This document shows positions 49,401 to 62,000 of a stretch of DNA of 64,000 bases, piece by piece. The translations under genes were made by a program, and so were the position numbers. Where the stretch lies: positions 806,001-870,000 of the forward strand of contig JAYWIR010000042.1 of the NCBI GenBank assembly GCA_036172245.1, in the 5' to 3' direction. The first letter of the stretch is position 1. Every line of letters begins with the position of its first letter. The stretch comes from Raillietiella orientalis (taxonomy: Eukaryota). The notes below the pieces were generated by a model, which ran no database searches, had not been told where the DNA came from, and saw only the letters and a program-made list of their open reading frames with translations.

Positions 49401-52249
49401 TTCGTCTGACATCATGAAGGTCATTGCATTTGATCTTCAATGATTCACAAACCAAAGCACCGTCGGCCGTGACGCAAAAGAAACAACTTTAGATTTCCCA
49501 GATAAACTGTTGCCGACGCACTGATTCCTCTAGCTAGAAAATTCAGGATTGCAAAGTTCTTTTGGAACATTTGAATGCACTCTTCCATATTGCTAAGGAA
49601 AGGTCCACGGCACCCGGTTCTCGGAAGCTCCATGCTGGCTACCTAACGCATCTTAGCCAGCCAACACTTGAGGTCAGCGGCTCACATTTCTTGAATGTTT
49701 TCCAAAAACAAAAGGGCAAAGCCAGGAAGACTTTGTCTGTCCCGAGTCTTCATTTGCACATGACTTTTTTCCTAGATGACTTTTACATGAGGCTGAGTAC
49801 CACATTAGATCTGAACTCACATTAGGTATAATCACACGGACTGCTCCATAGATTTGGTGGAACAAACGAAACGAACCATGAATAGGAGCCCAAGCTGTGG
49901 AGTAGTTGCAGAAACAGCATCATAAATAGCTCCTGATCTCTGAGGAGGTCTTTATCCCGCTTACCCTATGAATTTCAGATCATTCGTTCGTAAAAGATTG
50001 GGAATTGCATTCGGATGGTGCTCAGCAGTTTCATCCTATGCTTCCGCTTAGTGATGACTATCAAAAATATCTAAATGCAAGGCGAACTTTTTGAACATTT
50101 TTCTAAGGGTCACTCATCGAAAGATGGGAGAGAATGAGGGCTCAGATGAAGGGTGAGGAAACGGAAGCCGTGATCGGAAACTTTGTTAAATCAGGTGTCT
50201 TCGCTGAAGTCTTGGTCTGCCGTACAGGAAGGTCTGCACACAATCCCTCCTGCTGTTTATCCATCTTAAGATTCTCAGTGACGGCTACTACTGTTTTTGA
50301 AAAGTCAGCATTTGGGCATAGTTTAGCTGAATAAATGTTCTAATCTCTGCTTTTGCTCATTTCTGCACGCACCACCTGAAAAAAAAAAAAAGAAAGAAAA
50401 TCTCTAACAAAGCGCATCTTTCAGCTTCTGGAAAGCTCGAAAAAAACTCCACACAAGAGCTGCATGCTCCGCATCCCTAATTGCCTAAAGAAAACAGCTT
50501 CCTTCATAGGCCTGTGTATTCCAGAAAGGATTTCTGAACAGGAAAAGCCCACCATCCTCATTTTGCACCGTGCTCGTATCCGAATTGCATCCAAGCGCAT
50601 GGATCCTGACCGAGGATCAGCATGTCCTTAAATCTTCAGAAAGGCGACACGAAAGCAAGTTTTGGACTACCTCTCCAGAGGAAAATACTCAAGAAAACTC
50701 ATCAGCAGGCAAAGGCAAAATTTGTTAGGAAGTGTCTGAATGGAAAGTGGATTCGATTTTAACATTTACTCAGTGTTTGGAGAAGCTGTGACTCGAGGGT
50801 GGTAGCTCTTACAAAAGCGTCGAACTTCAAGTAAACACCGCAAGACATGGTTTGATCCTGGAGGTCTAAAAGGTTCCAAATGATCTGCTGCGTGGGGCTG
50901 ACAAACGAAACACGATTTCGATAGACAGTTTTCCTTCTGGTGTGGAAACTGGATTTGAAACTGAATATTTCAGTCGTGAACGCCCCACATCCTTCGACTC
51001 TGCTGATGCTGCTATCACATGCCCTCATCATCATTCTTAAGCACTTATTGGAGCAGGAAGAAATACAATAGACACGAGTATCTTCTCTATGCTTATGCAA
51101 CATTCTCACGTGCCAATTCATGTGACGTCAAATGATGTTTCCCACATGAACTTCCGACAGTGCATTGCTTCAGCGCTCGCTTCCCTAACTCTCCTCATCC
51201 GCTCTGTTGTTATCGATATATGAAGCTCGAAAACCTAGTCCCTGCTTTTCTGGCTTTGCTAAGGTTTCATTCCCTATGCCGTCCATTGTCCCCTTGGGAT
51301 TTTGCTTCTTTCCCTGATTCTGACCTTCGTTCTGTAGAACGAGTGGAACTCCCAACACTTCGAGAATTCTCATTCCTGTTCGTTATCCAAGGTCTTCCTC
51401 CTATCTTTACGAAGACACCGTTGGACGCCCACAGCAGTTCTTTTCTACACGTAATTTACCGTGTCTCGAACACCATGAGAAAAAGGAAGAAGGGTTGCAT
51501 GATGGTGACACCGGAAATGGAGATCCTGCGATTCGATTAGTAAGGAAAGAAATAAAATGGAAAGTTTTAGAATGTGATGCTGTGAGACGGGCTGCCGACG
51601 TATCCCAAGCACAACTGAGCTGTCGCTGTTCTTTAAATCTCTCGAGTGGAACATCAGAGTCCTCGGATGGGATGGCACTATGAAAAAGTCCTTTTTTAGA
51701 TACCTCAAGAAAGTTTTGCTTTCCTTTTCTGCACGGATTTTTTTCGATTTTCCCGCGCTTTTTCACAAATGGTGCAGCTACTCATTCAAAGGTGATTTTT
51801 AAAAAAGGAAAAAAAAAAGGGTTTTGAAAGAAGCAGGAATGCAATTTTCATTTCCGCATTCAGGCGATTTTCTGATCCTTCTCTAGATCAGAACACAGTA
51901 AACGTGCCAATCCTTCATTTGATGTGAAGGAGCTTTTTGAGGCCAGGGTATCCATTTGGACCATCATCTTCGAGATCCGACACCTCAATAAACAATCCAT
52001 TCCCCTAGATAAGCTCAGAATCCCATCCAATCTAATCTTACTTGGCTCAGGCAACTGCGGAATGAATCGCAGACTTATACCATATAAGTTAACTGAATCA
52101 TGGCAAAAGTTCCTTTAAACTGATAAACAAACCAAGGTTTAGTTACGGAGCTGCGGAAACTCTTTAAAGACATAATTAGAGCAGTGAGTTCCACAATAGA
52201 GACCGATCAATCGCATATCTGTCTAATATCTGGAGACTGATCACTTCAC

Positions 52250-53095
52250 CTTTTGCCACTTGGAATCATCATCATCCGTTTACTGCTCCTTCTTCTAGCA
52301 TCCATAACCGCCCAATATATCTTCCTTAAACCACATACATCATTGGCATCTAAGATTTGCAGGGAGCGTGTCGTGACTTCCAAATTTGACGTGATGCCAA
52401 AAAGTGATGTCAGACAGCTCTTGGAATAAGCGGAAGCCAACTACTCAGCCTCAGTCGAGATCTTTGTGCCAAAGAGATGATTTCCTAATACCGATAGCAG
52501 ACCTGCAACCCTGGGGCCGGTCTGGCAACATTGAAGTACTTTGGGATATGGAATCCAAGCATCGCTAAAGACTGCATGGAAGGAATGCTTGACCTAGAAG
52601 GGTCCTGGAATCATTACTGTTTGCCTGTTGCTTTTAGCGTTAGCGAGCTCGAAAGGATTCCGTATCAGTCCTGAAAAGTTCCTTGGAGTGTTGGCTATTT
52701 CTTAAAACCTTGTGGCACTACGAAGGACATTCTGGAACTTGCGTTTCTCTACGTGTCGAAATAGTTTGAAAACTCGTAATTTGAGAGTGAACCAATGCTT
52801 GAACGTTACTGGAACCAATTCATCAAATTTGAAGACATTAAATCGTGGCAGCTTTGTGTCTTCTGTATCTTCCGAGGACCATTTCATCGAATAATCGAAA
52901 GGAGGAAACTTCTTCCTGGTTCTGAAGATTTATTTATAGACGATGCACGTTCTTGATACATGCAATCATCGATCACCAACTGATATCTGCCTGAAAAAGA
53001 CCACTCACTCAAAGGCCTGAAAATGGCAACTCGTTTCCAATTAAAGCATTGCTGAGTGACTGAATCCAATGTGTTCAATACAGAATAGCACATTT
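52250..53095 (-). mobile_element. Decayed CR1/Jockey-type LINE reverse transcriptase
   Basis: LDSVTQQCFNWK...LSEWSFSGRYQLV...PGRSFLL then DTEDTKL follow the FDSV.H..LL.K...W..SF..R.Q.V...GP.LF...ADDTKL order. The lower boundary is approximate. Confidence 0.6.
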
Positions 53096-53229
53096 ATAGA
53101 AGCTTCGCTAAGTACTTCAGAGCCGGTCGCGTGCCTCGCGGCGCACGTGGCTTTTTTGAACACACTGTTCTGTTTCCACGCCTCTCTCCTGCGACAACCC
53201 TGCAGGGGGGCGTGTAATTCTTCAGGATA

Positions 53230-53900
53230 GGGGGCACCCTGGGATGGGGGTCCGCCCGATGAATCCAGGAAGGCTCGGAGTCCGTTCCTCTCACGCTTGG
53301 GGAGGGGATGGCACCTCCCACCCTGGTTGTCTCCGAAGGGGGACCCAGAAGGGAATCCCTCATTCCTCATTCTCTCCTGAGGGACCTCCCCGGAAGGGGG
53401 GTAGTCCTCTCCATTTCAACTTCTCCGAAGGGAGCTCGGATAGGATCCGCTAGTAGGAATTTCTTCTCCGGAGGGAACCCGCAAGGGAACCGCTCCTTTT
53501 CACTCCTCTGAAGAGAACCCGAAGGGACGCTTCCGAAATTCGGGAAGGGCGCTGCAGCTTCCCGCAGGGGGATCGCACCCGCTTACTTCCTTGCACTCTG
53601 TGAAGAGGCGACGACTCGGAGGGTTCCCCCGCAACAGGGGGGGTTCCGCTCCTTTGAACAACTGGAGAGGTGGGGGCTCCTGCTCCATCTTGAAATCATA
53701 GGTGTCCTCCGGTGAAGGGGGTCCTTTCTCCGTTGCACCACAGAAGGGGAACTCCCCACTCCTTTTATTGCTGGAAGGACTCGAAGGTCTCCCATTGTTC
53801 CAGCCTTCATCGGGGGGGCCTCCGGCTTAATCCACTGCCGGTACCACTCCCGAATGATTAGGCCAACCAGCGCCATCTTGCAGGAGGAACTCGGAACCCA
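53230..53900. repeat. GC-rich dispersed repeat, copy 2 (similar to 14270-14830)
   Basis: Same orientation and colinear blocks as 14270-14830. It abuts the truncated LINE RT. Confidence 0.8.
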
Positions 53901-56336
53901 ACGACGCGGGCAGGAGGTGGCTCTTTCAGCTGCTGGCAGTATTCTGGTGTTTTTTTTAGAAGGTTTTGGAGCTGTCAAACAGATGAGCCATGCCCATCAT
54001 TCTTGGAACTCTAGAATGCCATGAAGATCTAATCTGGCGGGGTCACTAGCACGCGTAACATTTGCTGGCCAAGTTTGTAGTGAATACGACTTGTTGATTT
54101 GCGATAGCTAACTCCGTGACGTCATCATTCAATGAGGGATGGAATTTGAAATCTTCCACTGTCAGGTGTGAGGTTCCGGAACCACAGGCTGAGGGTTTTG
54201 CCAAAGAAGTACCTTCGTTAGGGGTGTACGCTGCCGTTGCTCCAGGAATGCACATTTTCGCGAGGGACTCGACGAAAATGACAAACCCTCAGTTGAGAAC
54301 AGCGTGTTCCAGACAGGTCTGAGGACCTCACTTTCAGCTCCAGACTTCTACGCAAAGGTCACTCCGAGCATGCACGTGGAGCTAGCAGCAGAGAAGCTCC
54401 CCTCTGCGTCACGTGTGATCTCCGCAGCCTCGTCCAGGAAGATGTCATGTGTCTGCTGGAGCGCGAGATCGCTACCTCGCAACCGTCTCGCTTGTGGCTC
54501 CCTGGCAACCCAATAGGACTGTGGGGAGCAAAGAGAGAAAGCAGTTCCGCTTCGTACTGCTATGAACTTGTAGGTGGGAAGGTTAAGGAGTCTGCAAGTC
54601 TCCAGTACAGACTTTCACCACCTTTCTCACATCTGTGGGACTCCGTTTTCTCTTCCTCTTCTGCTCGAAAGTCTCGTGTGACGGTCATAGACGAACTGCC
54701 TCTTGAACGCGGCGCAGCTTCCTTGCTCTGACAGTTCGGATAAGCTAGGTCTCTTCCCCGCAAAACCAGTGAGTGGACTCGCATCCACTACCCGGCTTGC
54801 TGGGACTGGGAGTCGCTGACTCTCTCGAGATGCCGGTGTTTCACGTTTTCGGTTTCAACAAGTGAGGGGCTAGTGTTTTCCTCTTGGTACGCAAAAATCC
54901 GTGAGAAAAAGAGTGAAGAAGGAGACAACGAAATGGCCCACCTTTGTTTTTTTTTTAATGCAACTTCTGATTTACTGGCTGTGGCATCAGTGCATAGCTG
55001 ATGTCCAGGAGTCCAAACAGTCTTCGGGGAATTGTAGACTCGTACGAATCCCGGAAGCAGCCTGGACCGAAAAAATGGAGCTCCCGGCTCGAAGAAGCAG
55101 AGTTTATGCTCATTTCCACTGAAAGAGAAGGAGATGAGAAAACGTCCGCTCGGACATGAACTCGTTTACTTTCAATATTTGCGTGCGGTCGCACACGTAC
55201 AAAACTGTTTTGTACCTTAGGATAACTAGGATACGTATACGCATTCGAGGGAGTTTCTGTGAGCCTGCAGGGGGAGAAATTTCCGAGTACTGTTGGCATT
55301 CTTCTGTCAGTGATGGAGGGATTTTTGTAACTCCTTTTCTTCTCCTTCTTCTTCTTCTCCAATGAATTGGTGTTCACTGAAGAAAACTGAAAACCTTGAA
55401 GGATCTTTCTGTTCAACGGGATCTGGAAATGATGGTAATTTAGGGTTAGAATTCCTTCGCAAGATGGGAACTATTGCTTGCATAGCATTACGGGGACTTC
55501 ATAGAAAGTCAGAATAAACAGATTGGGCACAGAATAGATTCTTGATTGGTGGATATTAATGGGTTTCGACTAGCGGGGTAGCATTAGGGATGACATTAGA
55601 CTGAGTTTAGAAGGCATAACTTGATGATCAGTAGGGACGAACCCATCATGATATGTTGCGTTGATTCATCGGGATTGCATGGAAAATGTAAGAGAAACAA
55701 AAAGAGCCTTTTCATTGAATCTGGACGTGGCGGGCTTAGTTGAGCAGGGGACAAGAAAGAAATTTGAACGATGCTGGCTCCTGATATCCCAGGAGTGGGA
55801 TTGATTAGATGATATTGCAACGCACAGATCCAGCGAAAGTTGGTCTGGCGAAGAGAAACAAGAAGCCACTGATGCCAAAGTTTAGTTGGTTGCTTAGAAA
55901 TCAAACTCATCATACAAACTCGAATCAGCACTCGGCGGTTCAACTCTGGAGCGATTTCAGCTCTTGAGATTGGAATTTTTCATCAAGGATCTAGTGCAGA
56001 ACTCGGGATGCTGCAAGATGCAAAGCAACTGCATCTTCTTTCGTGTGCCATTCACACTCCGTGAAGTCCAAGAGTGAAGTGCTGAAATGGAGCAATGGAA
56101 CTTTACTTTTTTCTGCCTTTTCTTATTTAAGAAACCACTAAACTCGAAAAGCATTTATCCTTTAGAACTCGTGATTAGGGAAGTTTTTTTGAGAGGAAAT
56201 ATCATGGAGAAGCCATTTCGCTTTTTAATAGCAAGGAGTAATAGTTACGATCTCGTTTTCCACAAATAAAAAAAGTAACTGCTGAGATATGTTAATTAGT
56301 TGGATGAACGTCAATGCTGGAATTTTCGAATGCCGA

Positions 56337-56381
56337 CTTTGTCCGGATTCGATCTAGAAGATGGATCGAATCCGGACAAAG
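56337..56381. repeat. Perfect 18-bp hairpin with a 9-nt loop
   Basis: ctttgtccggattcgatc, loop tagaagatg, gatcgaatccggacaaag. Confidence 0.95.
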
Positions 56382-58999
56382 CCACACAGCTGTTTTTAGC
56401 ACATGACTTCCAGGTAGCATGAATCCAGGTAAATTTAATAAAAGGGTATGCTGCAGTCCTTGCAAAAGAGAAGGAAGCGAGGGATAGATCCAGCCGATTG
56501 CACTCTACGAAGGAGTCCTCTCACCTTGGTAGGTGAACCGAAATCTTTTTGTTTTTTTTTCCCTGGCTACTCCTGGTTGTCCTCCTGGAAGCGTCCACGG
56601 TCCAGCGAGCGCATCTCCAACGCTGCGTTAGCACAAGGTCTCCATGAGCACTTTGCATCTCGTCGGATGCATCAGCAGGCAGTGAAGAACTCCTCACAAA
56701 GCCTCAGATGAACTCCAATTTGATGCATCATAGGTGCAATCGATCCATGGACGAAAGTGCAGCGAGGCCATCCCGCAGTGTTGCACATCAGTTTGGTGTG
56801 GTTGTGCTGCGCCAAGGATCACATCGGAAACTTTCAGGTTCCCGAGGATGCATGTAGTTGATGAGTTTGGCAAGTTATGGGAGGAATTCTGTACATAAAA
56901 CACAAATTTTGGAAACTTGGTGAACTGACTTCTAGTTTGGGAGGATCTAGAGGAAAGTTACACCTTTTCACATGTAGGGTTCCAAATTACCTGCAGGGTG
57001 GCTGCTAAGTTTTCTCCTTTGCATAGATTTGGTTTTCCAGCCAATTCGTGGAAAGAATAGAAAGAGGCGACAGAGATGTCCTTCACTAGAATCGATGTGG
57101 AAAATTTCAAGGTGAGCTAAGATCACCAAAGTAACGATGTAAGGTTTCCATGAGAGAAATCTGTATGCTACCTCATGGTTTGGTGTTTTACAGTTGAGTC
57201 AGAGCTGGAGCAGCTCTCCATGAGGCGAGTCTTCCGCTCTTCAGCTTTTGGGAGCCGTTTCGCAAAGCACGCGTGCTTTTCCATCGAGTGACGTCACAGC
57301 ATTACCTGCTGGAAAAAATTAGCGCTGTATGTCTTCGTGCTTCTTTGAAACCTTGAACCGACGAGATGAACAAGGCTGCTCTTCTGTAATCATGAGCTCT
57401 CAGCAAATGGACAATCCTTACCTTTCGAACAACTTCCCATTTTTCTGCTGCATATCTGAACTGCGTGCAAAGTGTTTTCTCCCTGCTGGAGACTAAAGCG
57501 AACACTGCTGAACGTGAAAAGGCGTGGTAAAGCACCCGTTTGGGAAGAAGACTCGTTTTGTAAGGTTCTCAACATCACCCGAGGAAGTGAAGGTTTAGGT
57601 GACAAGATCAGCTGGAATATGATGCTCTCTTGTAAACCAGGATATCTTCTTCCTTTTTCTCTGCCGGATGATAATTCTTGATGAGCTCACTGGACGGGCG
57701 CTTCCGAGGATACAGGCAGTCTCTTTTCTTGTAGCAAAGCATGTCTGCATCGAGAACATCAGGCGCTGGAGGGTGCGGTTGAGATCGCTCGCCAGTTTTT
57801 GCAAGACAGTGCTTCGAGGACATGTGAATCCCTCACCGCTGAATCGGACAACTGCAGCGGCCGACCTGCCCACATTCCCGTAAAGCACTCTCTAGTTAAC
57901 TGGGAAAAAAGGGCGCGACACTCACAGCATTCATCTTCAAGCAATAAAAAGATGAAGGAGCATTCTGTGGGCGTTTCTTGTTCTTGTTCTGCTGGCAGAC
58001 CAGTCGGAAACTGCCATGCAGATTCCATTCCAAAGCCTCCCCTTGGAAGAGAGAAGGTTCCATTTTGATATTCACTGTGGTCTTATCCACTGCAGATGCA
58101 GGTTGGCATGTCAAGAGTTGGCACCAACTGCTACGATAGGCAGACGATTCATAAACACCACTTCATGTTTTTGCGAACCGAAGACATTGCACGCTTCCAA
58201 TCAAAGCAGGATGCTGGAAACACAGGAATGTTTTCTTCTGCAAACACTCACACGTCTGTTGATTTGACTTCTCCAGTGAATCCATCGGCTTGGAGATTTC
58301 TGTAGCCCAACTGAAAGAAAATTCGTGGTGCTCAGGGCAAACAAGAGAACGGAAATAGCCGCAACGTTTTAGAAAATTTGGCGAAGAAATTTCATCTTCA
58401 AAAGATTGAATTGATTTTTTGGCATAGCATTTGCGATTGCTGGCGAGAGCTGCAAAAGACTTTTCGAAATTCCGGAGCAGACAAGGCAGAATTGAAAGTA
58501 GGGCTTCTCGGGTCAGCGAGGTCGAAACCTGACGATGTTCCCGAAACAGTGTTGGGGGCCCTTCGGATACACAGCTGCCGAAAACCCAGTCACTCGGCAG
58601 CAAAGGGTTTTTCCAGCGGCCGAAAGAGCATTTGCTCAATTGCATGGTTTCAGAAAAATCCCCTCCATCTGATCTGTCGAAGTGGGTTTTCCGCATTTCC
58701 CTGCGTTTCATTAGAGCGCAGCGTCGGTCCGGCCCGCATTCTTCGCGACCAGGTCCAAAATTCGAAATTCTTCCTCTTCCTTTCCATCCTTTCGTTTACT
58801 CACTTCCTCCAGCAACCAATACCCTGTTGGCAATTGAGAAAATCTGATTCCGCAGCTAAAGAGTATTTTCATCAATCCATCAATTCTTCTTCGGAGCGTT
58901 TCCTTTTTTTCTCCGAGGACGTTCTAATTTGATTCACAGAGAACATGGCGAGTCTCCTTTCTTCATGAGCAGTGCCCTGAGACCCCACTTCCTGCCTTC

Positions 59000-59035
59000 A
59001 ACTTACGGCTGCATACGACCTAATCCTCTTTTATA
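59000..59035 (-). promoter_or_regulatory. Candidate TATA + Inr core promoter
   Basis: TATAAAAG at 59035-59028 in a G-rich context, with Inr-like TAAGTT at 59005-59000, about 32 nt downstream. Confidence 0.3.
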
Positions 59036-62000
59036 GCCCTTCCTCCCCAGTTCCCCCTTTTAACTGCTTTTGGATTGAAAACCTCGCTATACGGATAGAA
59101 TATGAAACTTTTAATGCGTCGGTCCTCTTTAAGTTGCAAAGCGATGATTCAAGCAAAATCATTTCTTTACAAACTACGCTAACACTTCCGCTGGGAAGGA
59201 AGGGCAGGGGGGGAGGGGAGGGACTTTACGATCCAGATTCTGCTCAAAAGATCCATTATCGAGTTTGCCTCTTTCAGCCTGGTTCGTGCAAACCACCCTG
59301 GCGCAACCCTCCGCAAAGATGTGCTACCCCTTTCTCGCAAATGAAGCGAAAAATGACCCCTATTCGTACGTGAACACGAAAGGTTGCAAAGGTGCAAGAA
59401 AGCTTTTCACGTCCACCTGCTGCTCCCATGAACAAGATGGAGGCAAACCGAAATATTTATTTGCGTTCAGCTTCTCACTCGATAAGTGATCAATGCCCCA
59501 AGGAAATTCAAAATGGTGGAGGGGAGAGATGGTATATATGGTCAAAGACTGCCCTTGAACCTGCGCCCTCTGTCTTAGTGGTTTCCGGAATTCCACTGAG
59601 TCTTCTGGCTTTGGCTTGACTATTGAGGAACGCTCGTAGAGTTGCCTCCTTACAAGCATCGCCCAAGTGGTGGGGCGTGCACTTCATGTTTTCGATCACC
59701 AGTTGCAAACACATCTACTTTTGGCTGTAACATATCAAACACACGAAAGAAATTGTTTCAGGATCTTCTTCTAGGAGTGATTTTTTAAAAACATGGCCGT
59801 CTTCTCCAAAAAAGGGGTCTTTTTTTCTCTACAATCTTGTGTTTCGGTGAAATGTATTTTTCAAGAGTTTGCACAGTCAAATTCTTCTGCCAATACGAGA
59901 GAGCAAACTGTAGCATCGAGAATCTAAGATGCAAGCCATGGTCTCCACATCTTCCTGTTCCCTACCCGTGGGTGGATGAAAGAAGCAGAATGTGATTGCA
60001 TTCCATCCGAGCATTCCAGGATCCAGATGAAGCTGGCGTCTCTCAAAAGGGGAACCTCGTGCGAAGGCTACCCGTGGATCAACTTAGCCTTCTCCTAAGG
60101 CAGTGCAGCAGTTGCGAGCCCCATCTGAGACTTTCCTGTTAGAGGCATGGACGATGTGGAGCCATCTGGAAGCTCCAGTCCGTAAGATGTGTGTCCAGTA
60201 TCCATTGCACTCTCAAATCCCATACTTCAGAGAGGGAATTCAAAGGACCGTCGTTTTCTTGAAGGCATACGTCAGTCATGCGGGCATGTGCTGCTTAGCA
60301 ACTACGATGCCGTGGTCGAGAGGCAGACCTGGCATTCCTGGTTAGCTTCCTTTCTGAACGAACGAGATCAGAAACTCTCGGCTGTGATAGAGTGCGCCGC
60401 TTAGTGGATGTTTCCTACGCCTTCCGAAATGAAAGGGGACATGAGCAACACCGTTTCTCTCAGCAACTGCTAGAGAAGAACATCCCGGCGTTAGAAAAGG
60501 ATGCACGTGCTAGCTACAGCATGCCCTTTTTGTTGGTAGCCCCTCCAGGGAGTTCGAAAAGCATGCTCCTCTAGAGATGATGGAATCTGCAGTCAGTGGT
60601 ATCATCACCGCTGTGGAGCCAACTGGTGGCCTTCGTCCAGAAACTTTCCATGCTGGTCCGAGAGAACACCCGAGGTGCCTGCCTCGTGGGTCGGTCAGCT
60701 GCAGCACGTCTGCTTCCACAACGAGAAGTACGGGGCGTCAGGAATCAGGAGTCCTCTCATTTGGAGGAAATCCTGGTCCTGGAGCACTGTTCATCATCTC
60801 GAAAAAGATTTCTTGTGAGAAGTGAGAAAAGATCAGAACGGAGTCTGCGAAATCGCAACACTCTTGGACACAGCTTTAAGCATCCCTCAGAAGAGCGAAC
60901 AGGCAGGGCGGATTTTTTTTTTTTTTTCTTGTCATCAAAACACTGATGCTTTTATGAAAAAATTTTCCGTGGAGAGTACAGGAATTCCAACTCGAATCTC
61001 CAACAATTTTCGCAGCTTCACTCCACACTTCATTCCTGGATGCAACTGCATGGAGGAAAATTTCCTTTCTCTGTGGGATTCTGCTAGGAACGCAGCCTCT
61101 GTCCTGCACGCTTTTCTCTTCTGGGTGAGCGTCCCAGCAGAATCGGATGAGAAAAAGAAAAAGCTCCTTGTGAAGATCCGCTTTTCCAAACGCTCACTCC
61201 ATTGGTGGTGTCAGTGGACGACTCCTGCCCCCTTCTTCTCTCCAGAGGATAAACCACAAGGCTCAGCGTGGCATGTCGTGAAGGCACAAATCTTTGCCTG
61301 GAAAAACCAATGATCATCATCCGATGGTGTGAGCACTTCCTTACATGGGATGTTTCACACTCTCTGAATCAGGGTGGTTTCGATGTTCGTGTGCAGTGTC
61401 CACGCGGGACACTTGCTTTGCTCATTGGTCATGCTGTTTCAAATCCACACCTCGAGGAGCGAAACTTCAAAGTATAGCATCCGTCTGTTGTGCGTAAGAA
61501 CTGCCGAGCCGCGGAATACCCAAGTAGAAGGCCGTCGGATGTGACAGGTTGATTTTTGCTTGGATACAGCAGTCCTCCGTGAAGCCAAGAGCAGTTTCAT
61601 ACCTCTTTTTCTTTCATAATTCCTTCTGCTGTTTATCGATATTCCTCTTGAACTGCTAGGCATCCCAATGGCAAGTGGGGCACTATTTGTAATCCTTTGC
61701 AGGATTGCGACTTCCTCAAGTTTAAGCTAAAGGTATCAGCCATACTTGTTTAAGAAGAATGCAGTGGCCGAAGAGCACAGGCCTCATGCTTCTTTGCCAG
61801 GTGGACTGTACAAATTTCTTGAATTGCTAACAGCATGTGCATCGAGGAACCTGCTGCCCCTGTTATATTGCTAAGGGCGTACCGCTCTGCGTTCTCAAGA
61901 TGAAAATACCATATTGCAGCTGATCAGATGAATTACAACAGATTGTAAAAGCGATTTGAAGGAAGCGAAAGAAGAATCTGATTTTGAAGGGTGATTTTCA

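Noticed and set aside
57560..57620. NIT...LGDKISW resembling a Dpr/DIP Ig1 start
   Set aside because: The spacing is wrong, the B-strand cysteine is missing and there is no downstream Ig sequence.
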